DNA of 64,000 nucleotides from Rhodothermales bacterium (GTDB lineage Bacteria; Bacteroidota; Rhodothermia; Rhodothermales; VXPQ01): NCBI GenBank assembly GCA_040904565.1, contig JBBDTI010000031.1, positions 83,831 to 147,830 of the forward strand, read 5' to 3'. Shown piece by piece: positions 62,894 to 64,000 of this stretch (position 1 is its first letter; each line of letters starts with the position of its first letter). The notes under the pieces were generated by a model. It saw only the letters and a program-made list of their open reading frames with translations, ran no database searches and was not told where the DNA came from. The position numbers and the translations under genes were made by a program.

Positions 62894-63673
62894 ATGCGAA
62901 TGATTCTCTTCGGGCTCCTTCTAGCGGCACTGGCCGTGCCGGTGGTGTACGCGCAGGATGCCGGCGATATGGTGGCCGACATCGACCGGGCGTATCGGCA
63001 GCTGAAATACGAGGAAGCGGAGGCGCTAGCCGTACGTGCGCTCGGACGATATCCCGATTTCACCATCCAGGAGCTGTCGGATATACACGTCTACCTCGCG
63101 CTGATCGCTTACAGCCGGGGCGACATCGACCGGGCGGGCTCACACTTTATGTCGGCCCTACAGCTATCTCCGGATCTCCGACTCGACCCCGTTCTCGTGC
63201 CTCCGAAGATTCAAGAGTTCGTGGAGGATCTGCGTCGTGATGCGGTTGCAGGTGAGGTGGATGCGTACGGGCCGGCCGTGCGCTACGTGCTGATCAGGGA
63301 TCCGCGCGTCGACGCGGCCCTTCGTTCCGCGCTGATACCGGGATGGGGACAGCTGCACAAGGGACACACGGTAAAAGGTCTTGCCTTCGCCGGGGCGTTC
63401 GTCACGGCGGCGTCCGCGGCCGTCCTCGCACAGTCGCGCCGCGTCGATGCGCGGCGGCGATACGACTCCGCCCCAACCCGTCAGTCTGCCGAAGGCCACT
63501 ACGACACCTATGCCGATTGGGGCCGCACGCGAAACGTGTTCGTGGCAGCGTCCGCCCTCATCTGGGGCGTCGGATACGTCGATGCCCTGTTGACGCCTCC
63601 TGCCCGGATGCCTTCCAGTTCTTTTTCTATCCAGGCCTCTCCGAATCTCATATCGTTTCGCATCCGGCTCTGA
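62894..63673 (+). CDS. Exported TPR protein with DUF5683-like C-terminus
   Basis: Signal peptide ending VYAQ, TPR-like helices, PPKIQEF, RSALIPGWGQLHKG and YVDA. Confidence 0.7.
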   Translation: MRMILFGLLLAALAVPVVYAQDAGDMVADIDRAYRQLKYEEAEALAVRALGRYPDFTIQELSDIHVYLALIAYSRGDIDRAGSHFMSALQLSPDLRLDPVLVPPKIQEFVEDLRRDAVAGEVDAYGPAVRYVLIRDPRVDAALRSALIPGWGQLHKGHTVKGLAFAGAFVTAASAAVLAQSRRVDARRRYDSAPTRQSAEGHYDTYADWGRTRNVFVAASALIWGVGYVDALLTPPARMPSSSFSIQASPNLISFRIRL

Positions 63674-64000
63674 TAGGCGCGCACCTCGTGCACAGTACAT
63701 GTAACGAATGTGCACACGTCGAGTCCGTCGGCAAGCAGCTGGGGGAGAGCCATACAGGATATTGTCTCGAGGCGGTGCGAGAAATTCGACCGTGAGTACG
63801 GGATTCGGCATCGACCTTGCAATACCATTCTCATACAGCGAGGCGCTGAAGGCCGAACGGACTATTCCGTCGCGGCACATGGTGAAGCGGTGGCGGAGGT
63901 GGGCCGCTCCTTCACCATGCAGCGCACCGCTGGATGTTATAGACAAAGGAGACGACCTGGTGGTGGTCAAAACCCGGCCAGGGGGTTTGAGCCTCCCGTC

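Noticed and set aside
63674-64000. Possible gene at the right edge (open + frame from 63792/63879, or minus ORF 63164-63970) and hairpin CATGGTGAAG...CTTCACCATG
   Set aside because: No recognisable motifs and truncated by the window edge, so strand and product cannot be decided.

Overview
A roughly 62% GC bacterial chromosomal segment. Gene content and protein style suggest Rhodothermales/FCB group (inference, not a database result). It is mostly housekeeping genes: hisD, hisC, leuS, valS, efp, accB/accC, gcvH, guaA, bamD, nadD, aroC, prmC, glgP, recX, bshC and bshB1. It also has an ECF sigma/FecR/TonB-receptor module, a UbiA (DGGGP-synthase-like) + geranylgeranyl reductase + GT2 lipid locus, several histidine kinases, and a sigma54 activator/Ser-Thr kinase/TPR cluster. 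I saw no tRNA, rRNA, CRISPR array or mobile element. The most striking unexplained element is at about 43.9-47.8 kb. A 102-aa lipoprotein-signal ORF carries four amino-acid-identical but codon-diverged copies of the 12-mer DNGGGSDGSEHN, the last ending exactly at the stop codon. It is transcribed divergently from an orphan beta-propeller/Y_Y_Y sensor kinase, part of whose sensor region has atypically low GC. This looks like a candidate multi-copy peptide signal/receptor pair. Start codons were adjusted by eye from the ORF track, and all domain calls come from motif recognition, not searches.
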